Source: Candidatus Hydrogenedentota bacterium (GTDB lineage: Bacteria; Hydrogenedentota; Hydrogenedentia; Hydrogenedentales; SLHB01). Taken from it: 64,000 bases of DNA. The notes below the pieces were generated by a model. The model searched no databases. It was not told the origin of the DNA and was given only the letters and a program-made list of their open reading frames with translations. The position numbers and the translations under genes are program-made. Shown piece by piece: positions 16,063-28,837 of this stretch. Within the stretch, counting starts at the first letter, position 1; each line of letters begins with the position of its first letter. The stretch covers positions 8,125 through 72,124 of the forward strand of contig JARKSN010000316.1 in the NCBI GenBank assembly GCA_029974275.1, read 5' to 3'.

Positions 16063-17136
16063 ATGCATCTGGTTGCGCTACAGGCGTCAGGATTTCGGAG
16101 CCTGACGGGGATTGATTTCCAGCCTACTCCAGGATTGAATGTCATTCGGGGGCATAATGCCCAGGGGAAGACGTCGCTCCTGGAGGCGTTGCTGTTTTTG
16201 GCGACGTCGAAGAGTCATCGCACGAATATCGAAGCGGAATTGGTGCGGGATTCGGACGTGGGCTTCCAACTCCGGTGCCGGGTGCAGCGCTGCGACCGCG
16301 AGGTGGTCACGGAGGCGAACTGGTTCAAGGGCGTCAAACGCTTCAGGGTCAACGGCGTCTCGCAACCGCGCACGAGTGATATCCTCGGCAAGGTGAATGT
16401 CGTGTTCTTCTCGCCGGAGGACGCGGCGCTGGTGCGTGGGTCGGCGTCGAACCGGCGACGATTTCTCGATATGGAGTTGTCGCAGCTTAGTCCCGGTTAC
16501 CTCTTTGCTCTCCAGCAGTATCGGCAGGTCTTGAAACAGCGCAACGAGCTCTTGCGCGCGTTCAAACCCGATCCGGCCTTGGTCGATGTGTGGGACGATC
16601 AACTCGCGTCGCATGGCGAGGTGTTGATCCACGAGCGCATGGCGTTCGTGCGCGAACTCAGCGCGTTCGCGGCGAAGGCGTATCGGCGTATCGCGGAGAC
16701 GGAAGACCTTGAGGTGCGGTATCAGCCGGACATCCCGCTGGATTCGCCCATCATCGAGGTGCTCAATGAAGCGCGCGAGAGTGACTTGCGCAATCGCGTG
16801 ACGACGCGCGGGCCGCATCGCGACGAGATCGTCTTGTTGGCGGGGGGGCGCGCCGCACGGCAGTTCGCATCGCAAGGGCAACAGCGCACGGCGGCCTTGG
16901 CGCTGAAATTGGCGGAACTCGAACTGGTCAAGGATCGCGTCGGCGAGTATCCTGTCCTGATGCTCGACGACGTGTTGTCGGAACTCGATCTAAAACGGTG
17001 CAAACGGCTGGTCGAGGCGATTCCGCGCGAGGCGCAGTGCCTGTTGACCACGACCGACCTCGAACGCTTGGACTCGATGTTTGGCGTGCCGTGCGCGAAT
17101 TTCTTCATTCAGGGTGGACGCCTTGAAAAGAAATAG
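16063..17136 (+). CDS. recF: DNA replication and repair protein RecF
   Basis: MHLVALQASGFRSLTGIDFQPTPGLNVIRGHNAQGKTSLLEALLFL (Walker A GHNAQGKTS) and a C-terminal YPVLMLDDVLSELD signature. The ATG is at 16063; the track ORF is over-extended upstream. Confidence 0.9.
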   Translation: MHLVALQASGFRSLTGIDFQPTPGLNVIRGHNAQGKTSLLEALLFLATSKSHRTNIEAELVRDSDVGFQLRCRVQRCDREVVTEANWFKGVKRFRVNGVSQPRTSDILGKVNVVFFSPEDAALVRGSASNRRRFLDMELSQLSPGYLFALQQYRQVLKQRNELLRAFKPDPALVDVWDDQLASHGEVLIHERMAFVRELSAFAAKAYRRIAETEDLEVRYQPDIPLDSPIIEVLNEARESDLRNRVTTRGPHRDEIVLLAGGRAARQFASQGQQRTAALALKLAELELVKDRVGEYPVLMLDDVLSELDLKRCKRLVEAIPREAQCLLTTTDLERLDSMFGVPCANFFIQGGRLEKK

Positions 17137-17467
17137 AAAAAATGATCCCGTCGGCATTGGCGACATCATCGCGGGTCTCAAGAAGACGACCCCGCTGGGC
17201 AAGCAACTCGAACTGGCGCAAATCTGGGAGCGCTGGACGGAAATCGCCGGGCCGAAATTGGCGCCGCACGGGCATCCGTATACGGTCAAAAAAGGGACGC
17301 TGCATATCCATGCCAACAGCCCGGTCTGGGTGCATCGGTACGGCTACGTAAAATGGGATCTTCTCAAAAAGGTGAACCTGATGGCGGGCCACGAATTGAT
17401 CTCCGATATCTTTATTGGGCTGGCCTCGGAAGACCCCAATCCTGCACAAGATAAAGTGGACAAATGA
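17081..17467 (+). CDS. DUF721 (DciA-like) protein in the conserved position between recF and gyrB
   Basis: ELAQIWERWTEIAGPKLAPHGHPYTVKKGTLHIHANSPVWVHRYGYVKWDLLKKVN matches the DUF721 pattern. The start is uncertain; it may overlap the recF 3' end. Confidence 0.7.
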   Translation: MACRARISSFRVDALKRNRKNDPVGIGDIIAGLKKTTPLGKQLELAQIWERWTEIAGPKLAPHGHPYTVKKGTLHIHANSPVWVHRYGYVKWDLLKKVNLMAGHELISDIFIGLASEDPNPAQDKVDK

Positions 17468-17509
17468 TTTAGATGCCCCAAAATATTGCGATTCCCTCCA
17501 GGGCCGACG

Positions 17510-17538
17510 TTGTATTTGCCTTCCGAATTTGATATACT
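17510..17538 (+). promoter_or_regulatory. Sigma70-like promoter candidate for gyrB
   Basis: TTGTAT (17510-17515), a 17-nt spacer, then TATACT (17533-17538), about 57 nt upstream of the gyrB ATG in a locally AT-richer gap. Confidence 0.4.
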
Positions 17539-17573
17539 CCGCTGTTCCCAAAACCAGGCGCAACGCACGGTAG

Positions 17574-20006
<2,433 letters not shown>

Positions 20007-20020
20007 GCGGGAGGTGAGCT

Positions 20021-21016
20021 ATGACTAGCCTGCCATTGTTTGGTTCGGTCCCTGACATTCGTGATCGCTACAAGAAGAACGCAGATGTTGTATTTTTCTG
20101 CGGCGACACGAACCAGTTTCTTCGCGATCTTCCGGACAAGGAAGTCAAGCTCATCATTACGTCGCCGCCGTATAATCTGGGCAAGGCATATGAGGACAAG
20201 GTTGCGCTGCACGACTACTTGGAGTCTCAGCGAGAGACCATCGCGCAATTGCTGCGGGTACTGCGGCAAGACGGGAGTCTGTGTTGGCAGGTCGGAAATT
20301 ACGTGGACAAAGGAGAGGTCTTCCCTCTCGATATTCTGTACTACAGCATGTTCAAGGACATGGGCCTTCATTTGCGTAACAGGATTATCTGGCGGTTTGA
20401 GCATGGGCTTCATGCGTCTCTTCGTTTCTCCGGCAGGTACGAGACGATACTCTGGTTCACGAAAACGAGGCACTACACGTTCAACTTGGACTCCGTCCGT
20501 GTGCCGTCGAAGTACCCGGGCAAGCGACATTATAAGGGGCCAAACAAAGGCAAGCCGTCGTGCAATCCGATGGGAAAGAATCCCTCGGATTACTGGGAGG
20601 TTGTCAAGCAGGATTGGGAAGAAGAGGTCTGGAATATTCCGAACGTGAAATGCAACCATCCCGAGAAGACATCTCATCCTTGCCAATTCCCGGTGGAACT
20701 TGTTGAACGTTGCGTGTTGGCGCTGACCGATCCCGGTGATATTGTCCTTGATCCCTATGCGGGCGTCGGGTCGTCGCTCATCGCAGCACTGAAACATAGT
20801 CGGAAAGCATATGGCGCGGAGAAAGAAGCCGACTACGTCGCCGAAGGAGCCGCGCGGATCAAGGCGTTCTATAATGGGACACTGCGTCTGCGGGAATTGG
20901 GGAAACCCGTCTACACACCTTCCGGGCGCGAGAAAGTATCGCGTCCTCCCGAGGAGTGGGGGGAAGGGACACAAGGACGCTTGTTGGAAGAACAGGGTGA
21001 CTACGGATGCGAGTAG
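20021..21016 (+). CDS. Type II DNA methyltransferase, beta class (N4-cytosine or N6-adenine; M.BglII/M.PvuII-like)
   Basis: Motif IV IITSPPYNLGKAYED comes before motif I VLDPYAGVGSSLIAA, which is the beta-class order. A strong RBS (GGAGGTGA) sits 5 nt upstream. Local GC is about 50% against roughly 63% in the flanks. Confidence 0.85.
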   Translation: MTSLPLFGSVPDIRDRYKKNADVVFFCGDTNQFLRDLPDKEVKLIITSPPYNLGKAYEDKVALHDYLESQRETIAQLLRVLRQDGSLCWQVGNYVDKGEVFPLDILYYSMFKDMGLHLRNRIIWRFEHGLHASLRFSGRYETILWFTKTRHYTFNLDSVRVPSKYPGKRHYKGPNKGKPSCNPMGKNPSDYWEVVKQDWEEEVWNIPNVKCNHPEKTSHPCQFPVELVERCVLALTDPGDIVLDPYAGVGSSLIAALKHSRKAYGAEKEADYVAEGAARIKAFYNGTLRLRELGKPVYTPSGREKVSRPPEEWGEGTQGRLLEEQGDYGCE

Positions 21017-21567
21017 ACAAGAAGTTCAGTTTCAACGGCGGCGAGGAGTACGTTTCCACGCATTTCCCGAGTGAGTTGCGGGAAGTCATGCGTGTCATTG
21101 GCGCTGTCGACGCGGCGTTGCACAAGAACAAAGTGTCCAAAGAAAAGACAATGCCTGGACGCGTTCTGTTCAACCCGAGACAACTGAACAAGGCGTTCAA
21201 GACGAGTTTTGAAGAACGCGAATGGTCGACAACACGAGTGAAATGCCAGGACGTTGTTCTTGATAACAACGTGCATGTGCCGTTGCCCAGTGGGGCCTTT
21301 CGCGAGATGGATTTTGTGAAACACCGTTTGGGCGTTGAAGTGCAACTGGGCAAATACGCATTCATGGTATACAACGTCTGTGCCAAGATGACAATCTTTC
21401 ATAATCTCGATGTGATAGATGCGGGAATCGAGATCGTCCCGATGAAATCTTTGGCAGACGAAATGTCAACAGGCGTCTCTTATTTTGAGCAGATTGTCTG
21501 GGACCTCACACATCGTGGCGTCTCGGATATTGATATCCCGGTTCTGGTTTTGGGAATTTCTGATTAG
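21007..21567 (+). CDS. BglII-family type II restriction endonuclease
   Basis: REMDFVKHRLGVEVQLGKYAF aligns to the BglII active site (DFGKRDTLVEVQF) with identical D-x8-E-x-Q spacing. The C-terminal IPVLVLGI resembles BglII VPIRLVGL. A 10-nt overlap with the methyltransferase gene. Confidence 0.75.
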   Translation: MRVDKKFSFNGGEEYVSTHFPSELREVMRVIGAVDAALHKNKVSKEKTMPGRVLFNPRQLNKAFKTSFEEREWSTTRVKCQDVVLDNNVHVPLPSGAFREMDFVKHRLGVEVQLGKYAFMVYNVCAKMTIFHNLDVIDAGIEIVPMKSLADEMSTGVSYFEQIVWDLTHRGVSDIDIPVLVLGISD

Positions 21568-21609
21568 CTGTAAAGTTAGGGCGTTGCGTCAACGAACGTT
21601 GAGAGAGAT

Positions 21610-24165
21610 ATGGAAACACCAAACGAACGTGTAGTGCCGATTGCGATCGAGCAGGAGATGAAGACCTCGTTCATGGACTATTCCATGAGCGTGATTGTGA
21701 GCCGCGCGTTGCCGGACGTGCGCGACGGCTTGAAGCCGGTGCATCGACGCATTCTGTACACGATGCACGAGATGGGGCTGGTGCACAATCGCGGGTTTCG
21801 CAAGTCCGCGGCCATCGTCGGCGACGCGATGGGGAAATACCACCCGCACGGCGACTCGGCTATTTACGACACCCTCGTGCGCCTGGCGCAGCCATGGAAC
21901 ATGCGCTATCCGCTCGTGGACGGTCAGGGCAACTTTGGATCGGTCGACGGCGACAGCCCGGCTGCGATGCGGTACACCGAATCGCGCATGGCGGCGATCA
22001 CGTCGCAGATGCTGGCCGACATCGAAAAACAAACGGTTAACACGCAACCCAATTACGACGGGCGTCTGCAGGAACCCGTCGTGCTGCCGTCGGCCATTCC
22101 CAATCTACTGGTTAACGGCTCGTACGGCATTGCCGTGGGCATGGCGACGAGTTGCCCGCCGCACAATTTGCGCGAAGTCTGTGACGCGGTCGTGCATCTC
22201 ATTGACAATCCCAAGGCGACCGTCGCAGACATGATGCGCTTCGTCAAAGCGCCCGATTTCCCGACCGGCGGCATCATCTACGGGTGCGAAGGCTTGCCCG
22301 AGGCATACCGCACCGGACGCGGGCGCATCACCGTGCGCGCCAAGGTCGCCATTGAACACGACCAGCGCGCCAATCGGGATCGCATCATCGTCAAGGAACT
22401 GCCGTATCAGGTCAACAAGGCGCGCCTGATCGAAAACATCGCGGAGTTGGTCAACGCCAAGACGGTCGAGGGCATCACGGACTTGCGCGACGAGTCCGAC
22501 CGCGATGGGATGCGCGTCGTCATCGAAGTGCGCAAGGGCGATGAGCCTCAGGTCATCCTGAATCAGCTCTACAAACACACGCAGCTGCAAGAAAACGCGA
22601 GCATTTTGATGCTGGCGCTGGTGAACAATCAGCCGCGCGTGTTGTCGCTGCTGGAAATGGTCGGCTACTACGTCAAGCACCGCGCCGAGATCGTCCGCAA
22701 GCGCACCGAGTACGACCTGCGCCAAGCCGAGGCGCGCGCGCATATCGTCGAAGGACTGCTCAAGGCCATCGACCATATCGACGAAGTGATCGAGATCATA
22801 CGTTCGTCGGAAGACGCCGATCAGGCCCGCGTGCGATTGGGCGATCGCTTCGGTTTCACCGAGATTCAGGCCAACGCGATCCTCGCCATGCGCCTGCGCC
22901 GATTGACCGGTCTCGAACGCGAGGAGTTAGAGAAGGAATACGCCGACTTGCTCAAACAGATCGAGCACTTCCAGCGCATTCTGTCGAGCGAACGCACGAT
23001 TTTGGCCGAGGTCCGCCGCGAGATACTCGAAGTTCGGAACAAATACGGCGACGACCGCCGCACGATTATCTTGGGCGAGACCTCGGAATTCGCCATCGAA
23101 GATCTCATCGCCGACGAGAACATGGTCGTGACGGTGTCGAACCAAGGCTACATCAAGCGCGTGCCCGTCAGCACCTACCGCAAACAGCGGCGCGGCGGCA
23201 GGGGCGTTGCCGGCATGGAGACGAAGGAAGAAGACTTTGTGCGCGACCTGTTCATCGCGTCGGCGCACCAATACATGCTCTTCTTCACGAACCTCGGGCG
23301 CGTGTACTGGCGCAGGGTGCATGAATTGCCCAAGGCCAGCCGCACGGCCCGTGGTCGCGCGATCGTGAATGTGCTTGACCTCACGGGAGACGAACGCGTG
23401 ACGGCATGCTTGCCGGTGCGCGACCTCAAGGAAGAGGGCAAGTTCGTTTTCATGGTGACCGCCAACGGCACGATCAAGAAGACCGAACTCACCGCTTTCA
23501 GCAATCCGCGCGCGGCGGGCATTATCGCGATCGATCTCGACAAGGGCGACGATCTCATCGACGTGCAGATCACCTCGGGCAACGACAACATCCTGATCGC
23601 CACGTACAACGGTTTGGCGATTCGTTTTCCCGAAAAAGACGTCCGCTCCATGGGGCGCGGCGCGCGCGGCGTGATTGGCATTCGCCTGGAAAAAGGCGAT
23701 CGCGTGATCGGCGTTTCCATCGCCGAGGACGACATGACGGTTCTCAGTGTAACAGAAAGGGGCTTCGGCAAACGGACAAAGGTCGGCGAATACCGGCTGC
23801 AACACCGAGGCGGACAAGGTATCATCAACATCAAGACCAGCGACCGCAACGGCAACGTCGTGGGCATGCTCACCGTCGACGACGAAGACGAGATTGTCGT
23901 CGTCAGCACGGACGGCATCGTGATCCGCACGCCCGTCAAGGACATCCGCACGATAGGCCGCAACACGCAAGGCGTCAAGATCATGTCCCCGACCGAAGGC
24001 GCGCAGGTCAGCGCCGTCGCCCGCGCATTGGCCGAAAGCAAGGAAGAACACCTGACGGAAACCGCCGCGACCTTGGGCGAAGCGCAGCAAATTTCGCCCG
24101 GTTTGTCGACGCAAGACGATGAGAACGGTCTTTTTTCCGAAACGGACGAAGACGAAAACGCGTGA
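21610..24165 (+). CDS. gyrA: DNA gyrase subunit A
   Basis: [19 protein letters not shown]...AAMRYTE (active-site Tyr region) and C-terminal beta-pinwheel repeats. Confidence 0.97.
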   Translation: METPNERVVPIAIEQEMKTSFMDYSMSVIVSRALPDVRDGLKPVHRRILYTMHEMGLVHNRGFRKSAAIVGDAMGKYHPHGDSAIYDTLVRLAQPWNMRYPLVDGQGNFGSVDGDSPAAMRYTESRMAAITSQMLADIEKQTVNTQPNYDGRLQEPVVLPSAIPNLLVNGSYGIAVGMATSCPPHNLREVCDAVVHLIDNPKATVADMMRFVKAPDFPTGGIIYGCEGLPEAYRTGRGRITVRAKVAIEHDQRANRDRIIVKELPYQVNKARLIENIAELVNAKTVEGITDLRDESDRDGMRVVIEVRKGDEPQVILNQLYKHTQLQENASILMLALVNNQPRVLSLLEMVGYYVKHRAEIVRKRTEYDLRQAEARAHIVEGLLKAIDHIDEVIEIIRSSEDADQARVRLGDRFGFTEIQANAILAMRLRRLTGLEREELEKEYADLLKQIEHFQRILSSERTILAEVRREILEVRNKYGDDRRTIILGETSEFAIEDLIADENMVVTVSNQGYIKRVPVSTYRKQRRGGRGVAGMETKEEDFVRDLFIASAHQYMLFFTNLGRVYWRRVHELPKASRTARGRAIVNVLDLTGDERVTACLPVRDLKEEGKFVFMVTANGTIKKTELTAFSNPRAAGIIAIDLDKGDDLIDVQITSGNDNILIATYNGLAIRFPEKDVRSMGRGARGVIGIRLEKGDRVIGVSIAEDDMTVLSVTERGFGKRTKVGEYRLQHRGGQGIINIKTSDRNGNVVGMLTVDDEDEIVVVSTDGIVIRTPVKDIRTIGRNTQGVKIMSPTEGAQVSAVARALAESKEEHLTETAATLGEAQQISPGLSTQDDENGLFSETDEDENA

Positions 24166-24255
24166 GTCTTTTTCCCTTGCGTCCGCGCAATGTTGGACTT
24201 TGACGGACGAGGTGTGATAGTCTAATCATGTTTGGCATAGCCGAACGAAACGAGG

Positions 24256-24331
24256 GCGCTCGTAGCTCAGGGGATAGAGCACTAGCCTCCGGAGCTAGGT
24301 GTCGCAGGTTCGAATCCTGCCGAGCGCGCCA
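24256..24331 (+). tRNA. tRNA-Arg (anticodon CCG)
   Basis: A manual cloverleaf fold. The acceptor stem is GCGCTCG/CGAGCGC, the D arm GCTC-AGGGGATA-GAGC, and the anticodon stem CTAGC/GCTAG with loop CTCCGGA. The T arm is GCAGG-TTCGAAT-CCTGC, with discriminator G and an encoded CCA. It closely resembles E. coli tRNA-Arg(CCG). Confidence 0.9.
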
Positions 24332-24578
24332 TTCTCTATTCCAGCCCCCAGAGCGAGGGCGGGAATAGTACGAGTAGCGGAAACGTTTTGATAATGTCGG
24401 GGTATTACCATGACTATGGCGCGCCGATCCCCTGCCCGCCATTGACGCGAGAGTCGGGGGGGCAAAGACAGTCTCGGATAGGGGCGTGTTTCACGGCGGT
24501 GGCTCTGTTTGTCACCAGAGACCGTGGCCCCTTTGTAGATAAAGCGGAAACGAAAAGAAGAATAGTGCGGAGGAGACC

Positions 24579-25106
24579 ATGAACAGCAAACGCGGTTTCG
24601 TATTCACAGTCCTTGCGGCAAGCCTGATTTTGATGCTGGCGTTGGGAACGGGTTGCGCCAGCAAAAAACAGCCCAAAATCACGCCGACCCCTGGCCCGGC
24701 AGTCGAGCAGCAAGGAAGCGGCGATGGACAGCCGGACATCGACGTAACCAGCAAAATGTGGGTGCCTTTTGAAGGCCTGTCGACGGTGCACTTCGATTAT
24801 AATAAATACGATCTGCGCGCCGACACCCGCGCCAAGCTCAACAAAAATGCGGAGCTTATCAAGGCCCAGCCGGACGTCCTGGTCCAGATCGAAGGCCACT
24901 GCGACGAACGCGGCACCCAGGAATACAACCTGGCCCTCGGCGAGAAACGCGCCCTGGCCGTCCGCGACTACCTGGTGAAACTTGGCATCTCCGGCGATCG
25001 CATCGTCACCATCAGCTACGGCGAAGAAAAGCCGGTCGACGGCGGTCACGACGAAGCCGCTTGGTCGAAGAATCGCCGGTGCGAGTTCAACAAGGCCGCG
25101 CGATAA
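24579..25106 (+). CDS. pal: Peptidoglycan-associated lipoprotein (OmpA-like)
   Basis: Lipobox LALGTGC. The OmpA_C core is NKYDLRADTRAKLNKNAELIKAQPDVLVQIEGHCDERGTQEYNLALGEKRALAVRDYL. Confidence 0.85.
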   Translation: MNSKRGFVFTVLAASLILMLALGTGCASKKQPKITPTPGPAVEQQGSGDGQPDIDVTSKMWVPFEGLSTVHFDYNKYDLRADTRAKLNKNAELIKAQPDVLVQIEGHCDERGTQEYNLALGEKRALAVRDYLVKLGISGDRIVTISYGEEKPVDGGHDEAAWSKNRRCEFNKAAR

Positions 25107-25149
25107 GCGTCTTTCGGGCCAACGTGGCTGACGAAACGAGGGGAACAAG

Positions 25150-26076
25150 ATGGACGCGTGGATGAAAAGAGCGGTGACGACTCTGGCCGTGCTCGTTCTG
25201 GCGGGATGCGCCACCGACAACCGGGAAGTCATCAACAGCACGTACCGCAGCGTTAGGAACCTTGAGAAAAACACGTCAACCTCGGTTGACCAGTTGAACA
25301 AGGCCACCGCGGACCTGTCGACGCGTCTGGATTCGAGCGACCAGGAGACGCGCGAACTAAAGGGCATGGTTCAGGAAACCCAGGCCAAGCTCGATAAAAT
25401 CGACGCCAAGCTCAACGAGTTGACCCGAAATCTCTACAAACTCAGCGGGTTGACGCCTCCCCCCGGGGCGGCGTCAACCTCGCCGCAGAGCGTCCTCGTC
25501 GATTCGATCAAGGTGGAAGACCAGCCCGCGCCCCTTTCGTCCGTGCCGACCTCCGCCCCGCCCGTCCAAACGAGCCCCCAGGCGGCCCCCGCTGCGGTTC
25601 CGACCGTTCCCGAGCCCAGCGAGGAAAAAATCCTCGCGGAAACTCCTACGCCGTCGGCTCCCGCCGCACAGCCCGAAGCGCCCCTTTCAGCAGACAGCGC
25701 CGTGGCCGAATACAATCAGGCGATGAAGTCATTCAAAGCCAATGACTTTGGCGCTGCCGCGCAACAATTCGGCGATTTCGTGAAAAAGTACCCGAACACC
25801 GAAAATTCGGCCAACGCCCAATTCTGGAAGGCCCAGAGCATCGACAAGCTTGGCAAAGCGGAAGAAGCCATCCGAGAATATGAAAAAGTCAAGGCTTCCT
25901 ATCCGACAAGCCCCAAGGTTCCCGTGGCGATGTACAAACAAGCTGGCGCCTACCTCAATCTTGGACAGAGGCAGCGAGCGATAGACCTCCTGAAACAACT
26001 GGTGGAAAACTATCCAATGCACAACGCAGCCGTCTTGGCTAAGAGCGAGTTGCAAAAGCTTCAAGCTCAGAATTGA
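25150..26076 (+). CDS. YbgF/CpoB-like periplasmic protein (coiled coil, Pro/Ala linker, TPR)
   Basis: Signal peptide, an N-terminal coiled coil (ETRELKGMVQETQAKLDKIDAKLNELTRNLYKL), a Pro/Ala-rich linker, and C-terminal TPRs (ANAQFWKAQSIDKLGKAEEAIREYEKV...). Confidence 0.7.
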   Translation: MDAWMKRAVTTLAVLVLAGCATDNREVINSTYRSVRNLEKNTSTSVDQLNKATADLSTRLDSSDQETRELKGMVQETQAKLDKIDAKLNELTRNLYKLSGLTPPPGAASTSPQSVLVDSIKVEDQPAPLSSVPTSAPPVQTSPQAAPAAVPTVPEPSEEKILAETPTPSAPAAQPEAPLSADSAVAEYNQAMKSFKANDFGAAAQQFGDFVKKYPNTENSANAQFWKAQSIDKLGKAEEAIREYEKVKASYPTSPKVPVAMYKQAGAYLNLGQRQRAIDLLKQLVENYPMHNAAVLAKSELQKLQAQN

Positions 26077-26196
26077 CGTTTCCGGAAGCCATTGAATCCA
26101 TGGCGACCCACGCGCGCGGGAGTGTCCCTTCCGCGCGCGTTTTTCCAATACGCGGCAGAACTGTGCCTAGAACGACCCCGGGAGGCATGCACCCTC

Positions 26197-27207
26197 ATGC
26201 GGCATTACCTAGGATTGGACGCGGGCGGAACCAAGACGCATTGCCTCGTCGCCAACGAACGAGGCGACATACTCGGATTTGGCGCCGCTGGATCAGGCAA
26301 TTACGAATGCCTCGGCATTGAACCCGCCGCTACGGAAAACCGCAAGGCCGTCCAAACGGCCCTTGCCGAAGCCCAATGTGCACTGCAAGACATCTCAAGC
26401 ATCGGCATGGGCATTGCCGGAGCCGACTTGCCCGAAGACTACGACATGCTCGAACGCGAGATATACACCCCGCTTTTCGGCGCGACCCGCCGGACATTTC
26501 GCAACGATTCAATGGCAGGACTGCGCGGCGGCACTCGCCACCCCAGCGGCATTGTCATCGCCTGCGGAACAGGATGCGTGTGTGCAGGCCGCAGTCGCAG
26601 CGGACAGGAAGTCCGCGTCGGCGGACTCGGCGACAAATCGGGGGATGAGTGCACAGGATCCGAAATAGGACGCATCGCCCTTCGCCGAGTTTGGCAGGCC
26701 CGAGAGGGAATCATTCCGCCCACGATCCTGACCGACAAGTTCGTCGCCCGAGCCGAATGCGCCCATGTCGACGATCTGTTCTATCGCATGTACCGCGGAC
26801 AACTCGACGAAAGAGCCCTCGAGCCCATGGCCAAGCTCGTATTCGACGCCGCGCTTGAAGGCGACGCGGCCTCCTGTGATATCCTAGAACACGGCGGCCG
26901 GTACCTCGGGATGATGGTGAACGCTGCGGCGCGATCCCTCGGCGTAACCCAGGAAGCTTTCGAAGTGGTTATGGCGGGCAGCGTATTCAAGGGATCAAGC
27001 CCCATCTTGATCGACGCCATGCGCACGGCGATTCATCGGGTCTCGCCCCATGCCGCGCTGGTCATGCCCTTGTTCGAGCCCGTGGTGGGCGCTTTGTTGA
27101 TGGGCATGGATATGGACGGAGCCGTGACGGACGAGGTGTACGACAACCTTGCCAGGAGCCTCGGGGAAGCCGAGAAACGCTATCACGTCCGGCTGAAGGC
27201 GGAATAA
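26197..27207 (+). CDS. BadF/BadG/BcrA/BcrD-type ATPase, N-acetylglucosamine-kinase-like
   Basis: LGLDAGGTKTHCLV, IVIACGTGCVCAG, and GGLGDKSGDECTGSEIG align to eukaryotic-type NAGK (GGTRS / GTGSNC / GGWGHFLGDEGSA). The start is set at MRHYLGLDAGG. Confidence 0.75.
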   Translation: MRHYLGLDAGGTKTHCLVANERGDILGFGAAGSGNYECLGIEPAATENRKAVQTALAEAQCALQDISSIGMGIAGADLPEDYDMLEREIYTPLFGATRRTFRNDSMAGLRGGTRHPSGIVIACGTGCVCAGRSRSGQEVRVGGLGDKSGDECTGSEIGRIALRRVWQAREGIIPPTILTDKFVARAECAHVDDLFYRMYRGQLDERALEPMAKLVFDAALEGDAASCDILEHGGRYLGMMVNAAARSLGVTQEAFEVVMAGSVFKGSSPILIDAMRTAIHRVSPHAALVMPLFEPVVGALLMGMDMDGAVTDEVYDNLARSLGEAEKRYHVRLKAE

Positions 27208-27211
27208 CAAC

Positions 27212-28411
27212 ATGAAGATGCAACGTGGGCGCAAAATTCATTGGACGTGGGCACTAGCCGGGGCCATCCTCGCCCTGTACGTGACCGGTTGTAGCCCGCA
27301 GCCCTCCCCCAAGAACGATGACGACTTCCTCGAGCGCATAAAGAGCGAAACATCGGCGAATCCTTCCATCGCCCAGGAAGGAGTGGGGGCGTTGCCCCCG
27401 GCGGCGGCCAGTCCTTCGAACGCCGCGCCCGCTATCGAATTGAACGCCTCCACCGTCGACCTAGGCGTCGTTCCCAACGACAACTACTATGTGACAACCG
27501 TCCCCGTATACAATCGCGGCGCAGCGGACCTGGTGATAGGCGATGTGCAGACCACCTGCGCCTGCACGATGGGAAAAATGAAAGAGGCCACGATCAAGCC
27601 CGGTTCCCAAGGCGAACTGGAGATCACCATCGTTCCCTACAAAATCCCCGGATTTTCCTCGCAGAAAACCCTGATTATTCTCTCAAACGATCCCAAGCAC
27701 CCCCGTCTGAGCTTGGAAGTGCATTGCAAAGTCGATCCCGAATTCGAAGTCGAGCCAAGTGAAATCGTGTGGGGAAAAATCCAAAAAGGCGAACGTGCGG
27801 AATCCATTCTCCATTTCCGCGCCCTTCAAAACGTCAAAATCGCAGGACAGCCGGACCAGCCCGTCACCGTGGGCGGAGTCACCGCCATTGGACAGCCCCG
27901 CGGTTTGTCGTCCGAGATCGAACCACTTCCCGAAGACGCGTGGACCGCTCCGGGCCTGCCGGAATACCGGATACGCCTTATGCTGGATACGACCGAACTG
28001 CCGTTGGGCGCCTACGCGGCGTCCTTTCAAATCGTCACCTCCGCGCCGCGCGTGCCGCGTTTCATGAGCGGCGTCAAGGCCGAAATCGTCTCCTTCTACG
28101 CAATCGCCCCCCCCACGATCACCGTTCAGAAAATACAACCCGGGGAGACTATCAAGGACGCCGCCGTCATTTCCTCGCAAAGCCAAGCGTTCGAGTTGAA
28201 GGACGTCGCCGTTGGTGGCGATAGCTTGACCGTTGCGACCCGTCCCGGGCCTTCGCCCAACAGCGTTGCGATCGATCTGACCGCGGCGCCAAACGCCCTG
28301 GAAGGGCACAAACAGGAAACCATTACATTCACACTGTCGTCAGGCGACGAGACCTTGAAGGACTCCATCCGCGTTTTCGCGATAGTCTCGAAATCGCCAA
28401 CGACCCCATAG
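27212..28411 (+). CDS. DUF1573-domain lipoprotein
   Basis: Lipobox YVTGC. The DUF1573 signature is DLGVVPNDNYYVTTVPVYNRGAADLVIGDVQTTCACT. Confidence 0.6.
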   Translation: MKMQRGRKIHWTWALAGAILALYVTGCSPQPSPKNDDDFLERIKSETSANPSIAQEGVGALPPAAASPSNAAPAIELNASTVDLGVVPNDNYYVTTVPVYNRGAADLVIGDVQTTCACTMGKMKEATIKPGSQGELEITIVPYKIPGFSSQKTLIILSNDPKHPRLSLEVHCKVDPEFEVEPSEIVWGKIQKGERAESILHFRALQNVKIAGQPDQPVTVGGVTAIGQPRGLSSEIEPLPEDAWTAPGLPEYRIRLMLDTTELPLGAYAASFQIVTSAPRVPRFMSGVKAEIVSFYAIAPPTITVQKIQPGETIKDAAVISSQSQAFELKDVAVGGDSLTVATRPGPSPNSVAIDLTAAPNALEGHKQETITFTLSSGDETLKDSIRVFAIVSKSPTTP

Positions 28412-28452
28412 CCGTTATCTCAGCCAACGCACAATCGCAGGAGATCCACGCC

Positions 28453-28836
28453 ATGGCCTTGTTCGGACGGCGAGACAAAGATGCCGCGAAGACCGCTGCG
28501 CCGGCAGGTCTGCGCCCCACAATGGGCCGGATCGCCTACTGCCGCGTCTGCGCCAAGGACCAACCGATGACCCGCTGTTGGATGCGCACCGCCTATCTTG
28601 TCCAGTGCATGTGCTGCGGCCTCGCCTTCGAGGACCCTGCCGCGTTGTATCGCCGCAATCAGCCGGCTTGTCCCCGTTGCGGCGAATTCCTGGAACACCC
28701 CGGTTTTGAATACGGACTGTGCGACGGGTGTGGATCGAAGTACGAGCTCGTGAGCGGCGCCAAGCCCGGCCTGCTGCCCAATAAGCGCCAGCGCGATGAA
28801 ATGAGCAAACAAGGGAAAGCTTGGAGCAGATACTGA
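28453..28836 (+). CDS. Small zinc-ribbon protein (multiple CxxC pairs)
   Basis: CRVC...CMCCG...CPRCG...CDGCG; its stop overlaps the next start (ATGA-type coupling). Confidence 0.4.
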   Translation: MALFGRRDKDAAKTAAPAGLRPTMGRIAYCRVCAKDQPMTRCWMRTAYLVQCMCCGLAFEDPAALYRRNQPACPRCGEFLEHPGFEYGLCDGCGSKYELVSGAKPGLLPNKRQRDEMSKQGKAWSRY

Positions 28837-28837
28837 C

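Noticed and set aside
24256-24331. tRNA-Arg as the integration site for the RM cassette.
   Set aside because: The cassette is separated from the tRNA by the entire gyrA gene. No integrase or direct repeat flanks either element.
24332-24380. Hairpin CTATTCC...GGAATAG after tRNA-Arg, considered as a terminator.
   Set aside because: A 7-bp stem with a 20-nt loop and no T-run is too weak to call.
24579-26076. pal plus a ybgF-like gene as part of a complete Tol-Pal operon.
   Set aside because: tolQ, tolR, tolA and tolB are not upstream; gyrA and a tRNA are there instead. Only the pal and ybgF/cpoB-like genes are present here.
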